A DNA stretch of 63,931 nucleotides, the filler included, from Collodictyon triciliatum (Eukaryota): assembly GCA_043381765.1 (NCBI GenBank). It is 6 parts of 6 records of this genome, joined end to end, with 100 filler letters (N's around TTAATTAATTAA, not from the genome) between each part and the next. Parts side by side here need not be neighbours in the genome. Positions count along the whole stretch, not along the records: positions 34,391 to 45,733 come from JBHJMP010002424.1; positions 45,834 to 57,167 come from JBHJMP010002425.1; 4 more parts are not named here. One strand, written 5' to 3'. The position numbers and the translations under genes are program-made. Shown here piece after piece: positions 35,760 to 46,983 of this stretch. Under the pieces are notes generated by a model. It was not told where the DNA came from, did not search any database, and saw only the letters and a list, made by a program, of their open reading frames with translations. Position 1 is the stretch's first letter. The number at the start of each line of letters is the position of its first letter.

Positions 35760-38700
35760 TTAGAAATATCTAATCGAAGCACTATGACAAGGTAACCTTA
35801 CATAAATGGTATACCTCCTGCTATTACCCACTCAGAGGCAAATTAGTCAAAGAAATGCTGGATATGATAAACAAGGATAGGAGAGGCGAGCTTGTTCGTT
35901 TTAATGATATTCAGAACATTATTTCTTCGATGAAATCCCTCATTCATGAATTACCAGGAAAATCACAATGTATGTCTTGATCATTTAATGTGCGCACAAA
36001 CTGCGCTCAATCATAACTTTTTGAATCAAATTGAAAGCACATTAAAAGATAAAACCGATGCAAAATTATAACAAATATATAATCATATAACATATTCTTT
36101 TTTGAAAATGAAATAAATAGCCTCCTTTATGCCGAGTGTTGGAAGAAAAGTAGTCCTTTACGCTCGAGATTTTGAGGAACCTTTCATGAAAGACACTGAA
36201 AGCGCCATGGTGTCATTGTCTCGAATTTTTATGAATACAGATAGTGTATCAGATTACCTGTGCAAGGTGGACGATTGTTTGGGGCGAGAACTTCATCGCG
36301 CACAAGAATTTTTGCAACCCACAATAATTCCAAAGGTAATCCTCGATAAAAATAACTAATGGCTCGTAGTATGACCGTAGCCATTTTTAATTTTTTAAAC
36401 AACTTTTTTTTATTCTGATATATCTTTTTAATCTTTTTATGAATTACCCATTTCAGTTGAGAGGCATCATTCTACAACAACTGATTGGATCACAAATGCA
36501 CCGCATATCAGACCAACTGAATATGATTTTTGCTGAAGATAGACAAATTGGTAATGTCTCCTGAAAGTTAAAAAACTTCAAAAAATGCAAAAAAAATTCT
36601 CCATCAAATAGATCAAATTTCATCGATTCAACAGACTAATAAATATTTTCACTTGGTATTCAATAAAGATCTGTCTAGAATATACACGCTTTTCAAATAT
36701 AATACATCGTGGCTGTCCATCTTGGGTGAAAAATTTGAATCCTATCTTATCGGAAAGAGCTCTACAATTATGGTTGCCTTAAAGCAAACTGAAGTAAGAT
36801 GCCAAAATAAACATAAATCGAAAATTTTGCGTACATGGGCTAAATTAATTTTCTGGAAATTCACAATTCTCTCTCAAAAATGCATAAAAGAATGCCAAGA
36901 CATCGGTTGATTCCCTCATTGCTTTTATTCGAAAAGCGACAGATTACACTGTTGACACATTTCAACGAGATAGTGAAATGAATGTTATTCTTGGAAAAGT
37001 AAGTTTGGATAACTCTATTTTTTTAAATCTGTTATATGTTCCGATAAATTCATTTATACGGCTATACTTGGTAATATATAATTTGTTGGTTTTCTTTCAT
37101 TAGACATGCAGGTTAATGCTGTCCAAATTCGATGCAATATCAGAAACAACATGCAGGCTTCTTGATGAGCTTTTAAGAAAAGGAAAAAGGAAAGTCGATG
37201 AAAGAGAATGGGAAAATCAGCTCGACGGATTCGTAAGGCATCTCATTGAATCCCGAATTCATATTGCCATTTAAATCTCATTCACATCATTGTAAAAGTG
37301 ATGTTCCCTAACAGCTTTTGCGTAATATACAATCATACGATTTAATCATTTTTCTTCTTGATAGCTACTGTTATTCAAATATTTGTCTGATAAAGACAAC
37401 TTCCAAGTTTGTTCTAATTTTATTTATTACATGATTAATTTTTGCTCATTCGTCAGACCTATTTATCTAATTTTTATTTTATTTTCATTTAAAAAATGAC
37501 CAACTTAATACCGATTGGGTAGCACATGTATGGTCGTTTTCTAAGCCGGAGGCTGTTATCACAGCAAAGTATAGGAAATGACCAAGAGAAACTTGTAATT
37601 TCTAAATTGAAGGTATTGCGTGACCTTATGAACTGACACTCCATTTTGCTAAGGGAATGATATATTGATAAAAAAAACAACAGCATTTCTTTAATTTTTC
37701 TTTTGAAAAAAAAAAACCATAACATGATACTATATGAATGATGGATGATTTATGCCTGTATGAGCTAACTTCCTTTTATCGTAGGAAATATGTGGTTACG
37801 ATTACACTGTTAAGTTTCAGAGGATGATATCAGACCTCGATATTAGTACAGACATAAACAACCACTACCGACAAATGCACCCATCATTGCAAAGTAATAA
37901 AATGCATATTTTAATATATCAACCAATTGTTATATATATTTCGATGATATTCCGAAATTTAAGATATCTAGAGCAAGCCTTCCTTTTCTTTTCTTTCCTT
38001 TTCAAAATTAAGAAATAATAAGCGTCGCATTATAGTACGACTTTATATCACCCGAACTAAACTTGTCATTGATTCACTCATGAATGGTTTCTCCATGTGG
38101 AACATATAACCGATGATTTGTAATCGCAGGCGAGTTTTCGGTTTATGTACTGACATCAAATATGTGGCCGCTTTCAGCTACATCACAGCTATCAATCTTA
38201 CCAAAAAACGTTTGTCAACTATTTTAGTTCAAAAGCTTTTATAACTTGAAAAAAATCTTTTTTTTTTTTTTTTACAAGCGCTGCATGATAAAAGATTAGG
38301 AAGAAAATTAGATTTACACCTCCTCAATTCTTATACCTCTATATTAAATAATATTAGATGCAAGACTCGATAGATTCTTTCGAGCAGTTTTACCATAAAG
38401 CACATCCGAACAGAAAATTATTCTGGAACTATCTTCTTAGTAGAGGCGATGTCAAGTTTCAAGGGTATCCGAAACCGTACGAAGTGAACATGTCTGTGCT
38501 TCAAATAAGGTAATCCAAGCGTGAACACGCCATCTCCTTCGCTTCGTTTTCAATTAATGCAATCAACCTCCCCACTTCATTCGTCATAGTAATTGATAGA
38601 AATTATATGAAAAAAACAAACAAAGAGACAAAGAAACAAACTAACAATCTAACAAACTAACAAACAAACTAACAAACAAACTAACAAACAAACTAACTAA

Positions 38701-39839
38701 CAAACTAACAAATTAACAAATTAACAAACTAACAAACTAACAAACTAACAAACTACTTTGAATCGAATAAAGGAAAAAAAAACTAACAAACTAACAAACT
38801 AACAAACTAAAAATCAAACAAAAAAACAAAAAAACAAACAAACAAAAGCAGCTGCTACTTATATTTCGAAAATACTTTTAGTATCCTGATGCACTTTAAC
38901 AAGAATGAAGCGCAGACCCACGGAGTTTCCATCGCATCTTTACATTCAATCACCGGAATCGTGCAAGACTTACTGGTTCAGCAAGTCCAGGCACTTTTGC
39001 AATTAAAAGTTCTCAAGGTAAATTAGCGTTCACCTTTGTGGGTTTTTTATTCCCAAAAACCCTTTAGAATATGTCCAAAAAGGTATGATTAGGAGTTTGT
39101 ATGTCCGATATCCAAAACAAAACAAAACAAAACAAAACAAAACAAAACAAAACAAAACAAAACAAAACAAAACAAAACAAAACAAAACAAAACAAAACAA
39201 AACAAAACAAAACAATCCAGAAAGCAAATGAATCGGACCTATCTCAACCATCCGACATCGTATTACTGAACAGCGATTTTGTCAGGTTCTTGTTAATTAT
39301 GGATTACACTCTTTTGATATATAATTTTCTTAACTGTGAAACAAACAAAAGCGAGCGCATAAAAGTCAAGATTGTTTCGGTACATGAGTCAAGAGAAGAA
39401 AAATTAAAGCAATCAAAACATCTCGAAGCAGATCGTAGATATGTTCTGGAAGTGATTTTTTTTTTAAAAAAAAAACAGAATGACAATTCAAATCCATTTT
39501 GTACTTAAAAATGACACTGGGGTGAATCATAATTTTCTTTTGTATTTGTATAGGCTGTTTGTGTTAGAATAATGAAAACCAGAAAAGTGATGAATTACGA
39601 GGCACTGCTAGCCGAGGTTCGACAAAATAATTGCTTATTTTATGCGGTGATAGCTAGTCTATTACTACATGGTTCGCCTAATATATAATACAAAAATATC
39701 ACATTTCAAGGTCATGAAGCAAGTATCAGACCGATTCCAGCCATCGCGCATCTTGGTCAAACAAATTATCGAGACACTGATTGAAAAGGAGTATTTGTCT
39801 AGAAACGCGGACCCCTCTCTTCTCAATTATGTCGCATAA
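35760..39839 (+). CDS. Cullin-family E3 ligase scaffold (divergent; 5' part missing or in gap)
   Basis: MINKDRRGE, YARDFEEPF, LFKYLSDKDNFQ..YGRFLSRRLL, CGYDYTVKFQRMISDL, VLTSNMWP, FYHKAHPNRKLFW, neddylation domain EADRRYVLEAVCVRIMKTRK...LIEKEYLSR...YVA*. Confidence 0.93.
39113..39214. repeat. Intronic (CAAAA)n microsatellite
   Basis: Seen directly. Confidence 0.95.
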
Positions 39840-40720
39840 AAGAGTCAAAAATAAAACTATATAAATCAAAATCAAAATCAAAATCAAATAATAAAATCAA
39901 ATCGAAAGTACGTCTGAAAAGGGAGTATTTTATTTATTTATCAATACCCGAGAATATCTTTGCCTGAGAAATCGACCAATGAGTAAGTAGTAACAAAAAT
40001 AAAAAAAAAAGTATATCACCGTCTACTACTATGAATTAAAATATCTCTTGCTAGCTTCAACGCTCAATAGTACTTTTTTTTTTATATACCTCCAGCGTCA
40101 CTTTTTGTAATGAACGTTCATGTGCCTGGGTTTGGAATAGACAGGCTCCACTGGTTCTTGGGAATCACCATTGTGATGCTTTTCATCGGTTTTCTCTTGT
40201 GTTGGAAGCACCGCACAAGCCTCATATCTTACTAGATAAAAGAAAACTCTGCAAAATAGATACGACGTCACTGTCGAAATGCACTTTTGTTGACTCATCT
40301 CATGAAATAGTTGCGATTCGCTTGTCTCTAAAACACAGCCAGCACTATGTGACGTGGATTGAAGCCTGGATAATAAAGATTCCAGATTTATATATATTCC
40401 AGAATATTCGAAGCTGCATTTGGCCTTGCGATCGCATCCAACTCGGATTGCTTTGCCCCTGAAAACCCTCTGCCAAAGAGCAGCGATCGGCAGCGGGCAG
40501 GGACAAAGAGAATCCGCAGGGAGGGAAACGCAATAGGCGATCGAAGACATGAGCGTCACTTACGTCACGGCAGAGGAGGCGGCCGCGTTCTTTGTGCAGC
40601 AGAAGCAAGATCAGGCGAATCGGGTTGGTTTGCTCAGCTACTTGAAAGCTTTTGTCTTTTCGAAGTTTGACTGGCCGTATGAGAATAAAAAGCGGCTAAA
40701 GGAATTCCGTCACTCAGCCA

Positions 40721-40900
40721 TTTTCCTTTTTCCTTTTTCCTTTTTCCTTTTTCCTTTTTCCTTTTTCCTTTTTCCCTTTTCCCTTTTCCCTTTTCCCTTT
40801 TCCCTTTTTCCTTTTTCCTTTTTCCTTTTTCCTTTTTCCTTTTTCCTTTTCCCTTTTTCCCTTTTCTTTTTCTTTTTCTTTTTCTTTTTCTTTTCTTTTC
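40721..40900. repeat. (CCTTTTT)n pyrimidine microsatellite abutting the Fanzor element's left end
   Basis: Seen directly. The same unit (AAAAAGG on +) abuts copy A at about 10918-10945. Confidence 0.9.
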
Positions 40901-41190
40901 TTTCTCTTAGGTCACGTTCAACCTGTAAATGGATAAAATTCATTGCAAAGGTTGTGACGAACTTGGTTTTATCCCTTTCAAGGCACAACACTTTTTATAC
41001 AACGAAAGTGTACCCATAGAAAGCAATTTATTGCACAGACAACCATCGAATTAAATCTGGATTGACGAAAGCAGGAGCTTTGATGAACCCAAGAAACAAC
41101 CTGAATCATATAATAGTATAGATAGTCTATATAGTAAATATTAAAAATACTTGATAATCTCTTTCTGTTCCTATAATCAATTTACATTTT

Positions 41191-41293
41191 CCACCTGGCC
41201 AACAAGTAGCGTCCATGTAAACGATGGCTAGCGAACCAAAGCCAACACCCCCCCTCGGTCCTGCACAAAAGTTGAAAGGAAGAATAAAAAAAA
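41191..41293 (+). mobile_element. 103-bp retroposed insertion (SINE or 5'-truncated LINE end) with target-site duplication
   Basis: Absent from copy A. Flanked by ATAATCAATTTACATTTT (41173-41190) and ATAATCAATTTATATTTT (41294-41311). Ends in AATAAA plus an A-run. Confidence 0.8.
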
Positions 41294-41741
41294 ATAATCA
41301 ATTTATATTTTATTTTATATTTTTATATCATATCATTAAAATTCAAAAAGACAAACAAGCCCTTGCGTTGGCCCAGACAGAACCCACACCATAAACCTGC
41401 CACCAAACATGCATTTCAAAAAAAGCATACTGTCCACATTTGCGGCGGTAATCATGTTGTTTGGAGCCGATATGTTAACTTTCAGTTGCAATAGCTATAC
41501 GGCCGTCCTTTCGAACTCGCCGAATCGGCTCTCAGCGTTTTGTTTCATATCACTTGTAAAAAAAACTTCGCGCGTTTGTTTGCCGCAATGCGCATATTTT
41601 GAGTCTCGGTAGATGCTTAATTTTACCTGAATTGATTTTTTGCAGTTTATTTATTTGACCAATAGACTGATTGACTAAAGATTTATTAAAATTGAAAACT
41701 CAGTGGTTTTCTAAAGGAAAAAGCAAAACGAAGACTTTCAG

Positions 41742-43691
41742 ATGAAGAAAAGAAAGCGTCTTGAGTCTGAGAATCTAAAGCCTGTAAAACCACACTATCA
41801 AAATGTAAAAATGTCTCTAAAGTCGACTGCAAAGAATGCGGATGACTATGACAAAATCAACGATACGGTTTTATTGTGTCATAATTTGGTTACCGAAACT
41901 TGTCTGTTTGCAAGATGTTACACACTGAAATCACAACTCCCAACAACCGATGAAATGAAAGTTTTTTTTGTACGCTTTGAAGACTGTTGGAATAGTTTCA
42001 CAAGATAACCCCGCAAGATTTAAAACATCCAGATATGAGTAAAGATATGATGATTTTTTATCTCAATGATTTTCGATTCCATTTGTCCCGAGAAGAACGC
42101 TTTCCGTTGGTTGGACTGTCTTATGTATTACCGTACTTGGCGAAGCAAATGTTAACAGCTTATCATAATAACATTAAGGAACATTTTGTAAAGAGATTAC
42201 TGCGCTTTATAAACCAAACAGTCTCTAAACATGAGAATATTACGGAAGCTATTAAAAAGGCAGAGTTGCGAAAGTTAAAAAAAAAAAAAAACCATCTTCA
42301 AGAAACTCGAAATACCGGAACAATATGAAGAATGGACTACAACGCATTTGCATCGTATCATCCCAGCGATATTGTAAATGGTATCGAATATAACGTCAAA
42401 GTCAATCCAAAGAAGTACATTCCATGTCTGATTTACATGAATTGCATTTTTGAGGACACCGGAACCAAACTGTTTCAACCAATCCCTACAAGAACTAACA
42501 ATATACCATGGCATAATACTTTAAATAACGCATGTTTGATAGATATGTTTGTATCAACTGGAAAAACATCATTATTGAAGAATATATCAGGATGCAAAGA
42601 GACCCAATGGGATAAGTTCTTTGAAATGAAGAAGAGGGTCATTCATCAAAGAGACTACAATTTTAAATACATGATACAAACAGACGGCTTGGCGGTGTCG
42701 TTATTGTTTGAGAAGAAAGTTATTTCAAATTCAAAATTCAAATATAATCGAAATACCCAAGAATATGTTTATATAGATAAACTTTCCGAAGAGCATTTAT
42801 ATTTATTAGCGACAAAAAAAATAAAAATAAAATAGTTGGAGTAGACGCAGGCAAGTTTAATTTGGTTTACATGGTGGATGAGACAGGTAAGAAATTACGT
42901 TACACAACACACCAAAGAAGACATGATAGCAAATCTCTTAAAAATCACAAAATACTCTTGCGCGAGAAAAAAAAGTACAATGATTTCAGGGATATATATG
43001 GCAACAGATTTACAAAGTGCTATTTCTTTTGGTGCCATGACTTTTGAAGAGAATCAGCGGTTTAAGACATCAAGAGTATCTTTAATCGATTTAGAGAGAA
43101 CTAAGTAAACACATTTCATGCACGGTCGATTATGAAAAATTTCGAAAGTATATATCTATGAAATCAAGATACCAGATAGAATTATCCAGATTTTATGAGC
43201 ACGTAACTTTTCGAAAGATGAGATGGAGACAGTATGTTAATACAAAAAGAAGTGGACAATTGTTTACGGACCGAATCTAAAAGAGATTTGGCAAGGATGT
43301 CGTACTGGCGTATGGAGACTGGAGCAGAAAATCTCCGGTGAAACATTTTATGCCGACAATCGAAAGAGGATTACGAAAAATACAATCCAAACGTTTTGAA
43401 ACAGTTAGTGTAAATAAATTTAGAACCTTCAAGATGTGCTGCAACCGCGAAAAAGAACTGGAATGAATGAAACTGAAAGGAATACAAAAAAAGGTGTATA
43501 GATGTCTCATGTGTAAAGTATGCAATCGCTCAGAAAGCAAACAAACTGTATTCTTGACAAGGGACTTTAACAGTGCTAATAATATACTTAACAAAGTTCT
43601 TTTTATCCTTCAAAAAAAGCATACATATTTCCCTAAAAAACAGGCTGTCAGGTGTTTCCTGGCGGACTTCACCACTACACAATCTTTGTGA
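41742..43691 (+). pseudogene. Fanzor (TnpB-derived RuvC RNA-guided endonuclease; Fanzor1/giant-virus-like type) pseudogene
   Basis: Basic N-terminus MKKRKR, YMIQTDGLAVSLLF, RuvC-I IVGVDAGKFNLVYM (D at 42844), LRYT..QRR, LAYGDWS...MPT..RGLRK, RuvC-II SVNKFRT (expected E is K at 43416), C-terminal CC..R/CKVC, RuvC-III TRDFNSANNIL (D at 43563). Several frameshifts and stops. Confidence 0.92.
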
Positions 43692-43750
43692 AAAAAGTGG
43701 TGAGACCTTGGATACTAGCGCACCAGGTTTACCAATGGAAATACGGTATA
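43646..43750 (+). ncRNA. Candidate Fanzor omega-RNA scaffold
   Basis: Nested inverted repeats at the ORF end: TCACCACT(43669-76)/AGTGGTGA(43696-703), CACAA/TTGTG, CCTGG(43658-62)/CCAGG(43723-27), GTGTTTCC(43652-59)/GGAAATAC(43737-44). This position is typical of TnpB/Fanzor omega-RNAs. Confidence 0.6.
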
Positions 43751-43959
43751 CTCCTTTTATTTATAAATACATATTGTTACCAAGCATGTAAATACAGCAG
43801 CAGCTCATGCGCAAATTGGACTGGCGCCGACATCCCCCATTTTCGAGACACCTGCAACTACCACGTGAAACTAAGATTCGAGTGGTCTTCCAAACATTTT
43901 GCATTTATTTTAGCTACAGAGCAGACTTTGTCCGATAAATGAATTGACCATCGAAATCT

Positions 43960-45420
43960 CTACAGATCATTAGCATCAAACCCAACCCTCGATGGGTCAC
44001 GCTTGCTTCCAGAGATAGGAGGTTTGATGCTTGTCGGACGTTTGCTTCCTTTCGCAATATTCTCAAGTACAGGCGGGTGCCCAACTTTGCTTGTTCGAAT
44101 TTCCATGATGTCCTCGTAATTTCGCATCTCGACAGCGTTCTCAGTTGAGGCAAAGGCTCCTGCTGCATTCTCATCCTGAACACAAAATAATAGGATTAAT
44201 ACACATGATTAAATCGTAATCGTAGGGTATCATCTTTTGTTTACTCTTATCATAGAGAAGCAAAATTTATTACAAATCTCATCCAGGTGTATGACATATA
44301 TCACATCGCTTTTTCCATTTCATATTTGATGGTTCACCGTAATCACTCACCAAATCATTCCTGTGTTCGTCATTAGAGGCCCCAAACTTCCTTCTAAATT
44401 CAAGCCGCTCATCATCTATGTGCAGCACCAAATATCGTTATTTTTTGAAATAAAATGAAAATGATATTGAAAATGCCTGATGCAAAGCTCTTGCGTATGG
44501 GTCTTCTTCCATTCGTGCCGACTTCTCTTTGCTTCAGTCTACGTGGTTTTGGTTTTGGTTGTTCTTTTTCTAAAACTGTTTCTGGATTCACATTTTCGAC
44601 AGGAGACGACGGTTCAGCCACTTGAACATACATTTCCTGTTTTATTTATTTTTGAAAAAAAAAATCAATTCAGAGAACACAAGAATCGTAATGCAGAGCT
44701 TACTTTCCCTTGTAAACATGAAAAGCACGTCATAAAAAGGTTTCTATAATAGGTTTATATGGATTTATACGCTAAAGTCATCAGTGCCAACAGCCATATC
44801 TCGCTTCGTATGCTCGGGCTCACGAACTGGTTCATACATAAACAATTTAAAATACGTCAGACATAATTGGTGCACTCAAAACGGCAATAACAATCCATAT
44901 ATTAAATTTATTTCGTCTTTAAGAAAAAAAACTTTCTTTCAAGGTTGTATGCACTAAAGAGGGATTCCCTCATCATTTAATTCCTTAACCATATCACTTG
45001 ATCGTGATTGAGTTCTGGGTCATCCTTTTAGTTCTCTCAACTTGGTCTTCATTCCTGTTGTTTATATTAAATCAATAACTCACTACCTGGTTCTGACTTT
45101 CCAGTCCAGTCTCTTCGCTCAAGCCGTTTCTTTCTACGCTCAGCAAGTTCTGTAGCGGAATAGTTAACAGATTGGTGCGGCTACAGGAAAGACACAGGGA
45201 AAGAGGTTTCATTCTCGTTAAAAAAAAAAAAAAAGAAGAAAGAAGGCAGAATGAATTCGATTTAGACAGTTCTCTGTGCGAGAAGGTTAATCATAAAATA
45301 CTTTTGACATCATTCGCTGGTAAAATATTAGGGTATTGCAGCGATTACCAATCTTTGGTGTCTCAAACGTTGGTATTCATGCAACTCTTCCCTTGCCGTC
45401 GCAAGCATATCTTCAATCTA
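43960..45420 (-). CDS. C-terminal exons of an uncharacterised hydrophilic protein
   Basis: GT-AG bounded exons, e.g. IEDMLATAREELHEYQRLRHQRL, VAEPSSPVENVNPETVLEKEQPKPKPRR and last exon DENAAGAF...VGFDANDL*. No family recognised. Confidence 0.55.
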
Positions 45421-45524
45421 TCAGATAAAAGCATTAATCTGATAAATCATCAAGAGAATTCTGACTGTTTGTCACTAATCATTTCCTTGAAGCAATAAAC
45501 CGCAAAATTCAAAATACGTAGGAG

Positions 45525-45733
45525 AAAGAGAAAAGAGAAAAGAGAACAAAGAGAGAAAAAAAGAGAGAAAAAAAGAGAGAAAAAAAGAGAGAAAAAAAGA
45601 GAGAAAACAAGAGAGAAAACAAGAGAGAGAAAACAAGAGAGAGAAAAAGAGAGAGAAAAAGAGAGAGAAAAAGAGAGAGAAAAAGAGAGAGAAAAAGAGA
45701 GAGAAAAAGAGAGAGAAAAAGAGAGAGAAAAAG
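45525..45733. repeat. GA-rich (AAAAAGAGAGAG)n repeat at scaffold end
   Basis: Seen directly. Confidence 0.95.
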
Positions 45734-45833
45734 NNNNNNNNNNNNNNNNNNNNNNNNNNNNNNNNNNNNNNNNNNNNTTAATTAATTAANNNNNNNNNNN
45801 NNNNNNNNNNNNNNNNNNNNNNNNNNNNNNNNN

Positions 45834-46983
45834 GTGCATATTGCGGGTCATTCTTTTCTCGTGCTCTTCGTCCTCATGGTGCTCTTCTTCCTCTTGTTCT
45901 TCATCTTCATCGTCATGCTCTTCATCTTCCCCTTCTTCCTCTTCGTCATGATGTTCGTCTTCATGCTCTTCTTCCTCTTCCTCTTCACCCTCATCCGAGG
46001 TGATACAGAAGACACCGTTCATGGAACCATCCGCACCGATTACATAGATGCTACTGGAAGACTGAAAACTAGAAAGCTTTTGGGATGGGATATCGTTATA
46101 ATAATGTAATATACAAGTTGCTGAAGAGATGAAAAAAGACACGGCATGGTTGTTGAAATAAAGACGTTACAAATACCTGAGGAATTCCAAAGGATATCAG
46201 CTCCTCGTGGTCTAGGGGATTGAAGAATCCTTCCTCAACCATTTTACTTGTGTATTTTGCTGACTTTTCGCAGTTTGTCATGGTTTTTGACAAAATATCA
46301 GAAACGTCCTCTGTCATGTGCTCTCGAATGTCTGTGGACAATTTCTTTATGCTTGCCAAACCAGAATCGTATGTGAAGAACCTATTAGTTATGACATATC
46401 CCAAATTAGACTTGCTTTCCTGTACATAGTGCCTTTTTTTAACATTCATTCTTAATATGCAGGTTTTTTTTACTCTTACCAAGAAGAATATGTGGACACT
46501 GAAAGAGATACGAGGCTGAGAATCACCAACAGAACACGGACTGAAGTGAACTTCTTCCACCAGTCCTGTTTGGTATTCAGAGAAATGTTGGTATTAAGCA
46601 GGAAAGTACATATATGGTATGAATTGGTATCATTAAGGTTATCACTCTGCCCTTTTACAGAACAGGACATATTAAGCATTATTGGAGGGTTAATTAAGAG
46701 TGAGACAGAATGAATAGGCGCAAAACATAAGTTACTTTCTCCGAGACCAAGGTAACTGGAGTGATATGTTCGTTCTTCCCACTGTCATGCGAAATAACTT
46801 GGACCTCTGTTGTTGTCTGGTCGCTCTGTATGGGCAGTATTTAGATGTGCGGGAATAGCTATTCAAAAATTTTTGGCATATTTTCAAGAATTTGTCTTTG
46901 TGTGTATGACCCGCCGTAATATTTTTTTATTTTAGTGCACACATAAATTTATGAGACGGTACCTTGAATTTGGGCGAAAACAT
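45834..46983 (-). CDS. N-terminus of a TM plus Cache-like extracellular sensor protein (histidine kinase or cyclase type) with His/Glu-rich tract; 3' part off scaffold
   Basis: Spliced frame ...KKFTSVRVLLVILSLVSLSVSTYSSWFFTYDSGLASIKKLSTDIREHMTEDVSDIL...GFFNPLDHEELISFGIPQLSSFQSSSSIYVIGADGSMNGV follows the bacterial TM1-long helix-'IY.g..dG.f.G' dCache pattern. Start codon inferred. Confidence 0.6.

Larger units (their letters stand above)
40900..43750 (+). mobile_element. Fanzor-encoding element copy B, near full length, no transposase seen
   Basis: About 840 bp upstream region shared with copy A, a decayed Fanzor ORF and a structured 3' end. Both boundaries approximate. Confidence 0.85.

Noticed and set aside
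40098-40720. ORFs 40549-41019 (+) and 40098-40559 (-) as genes (rhodanese-like start; IQ-like motif)
   Set aside because: No consistent spliced model on either strand, although a plausible minus-strand intron exists at about 40472-40564; similarities too short to support a call.
41742-43691. Stop-codon reassignment or readthrough explaining in-frame stops in Fanzor
   Set aside because: Host genes translate with the standard code; the element also has frameshifts and a catalytic E-to-K change, consistent with decay.
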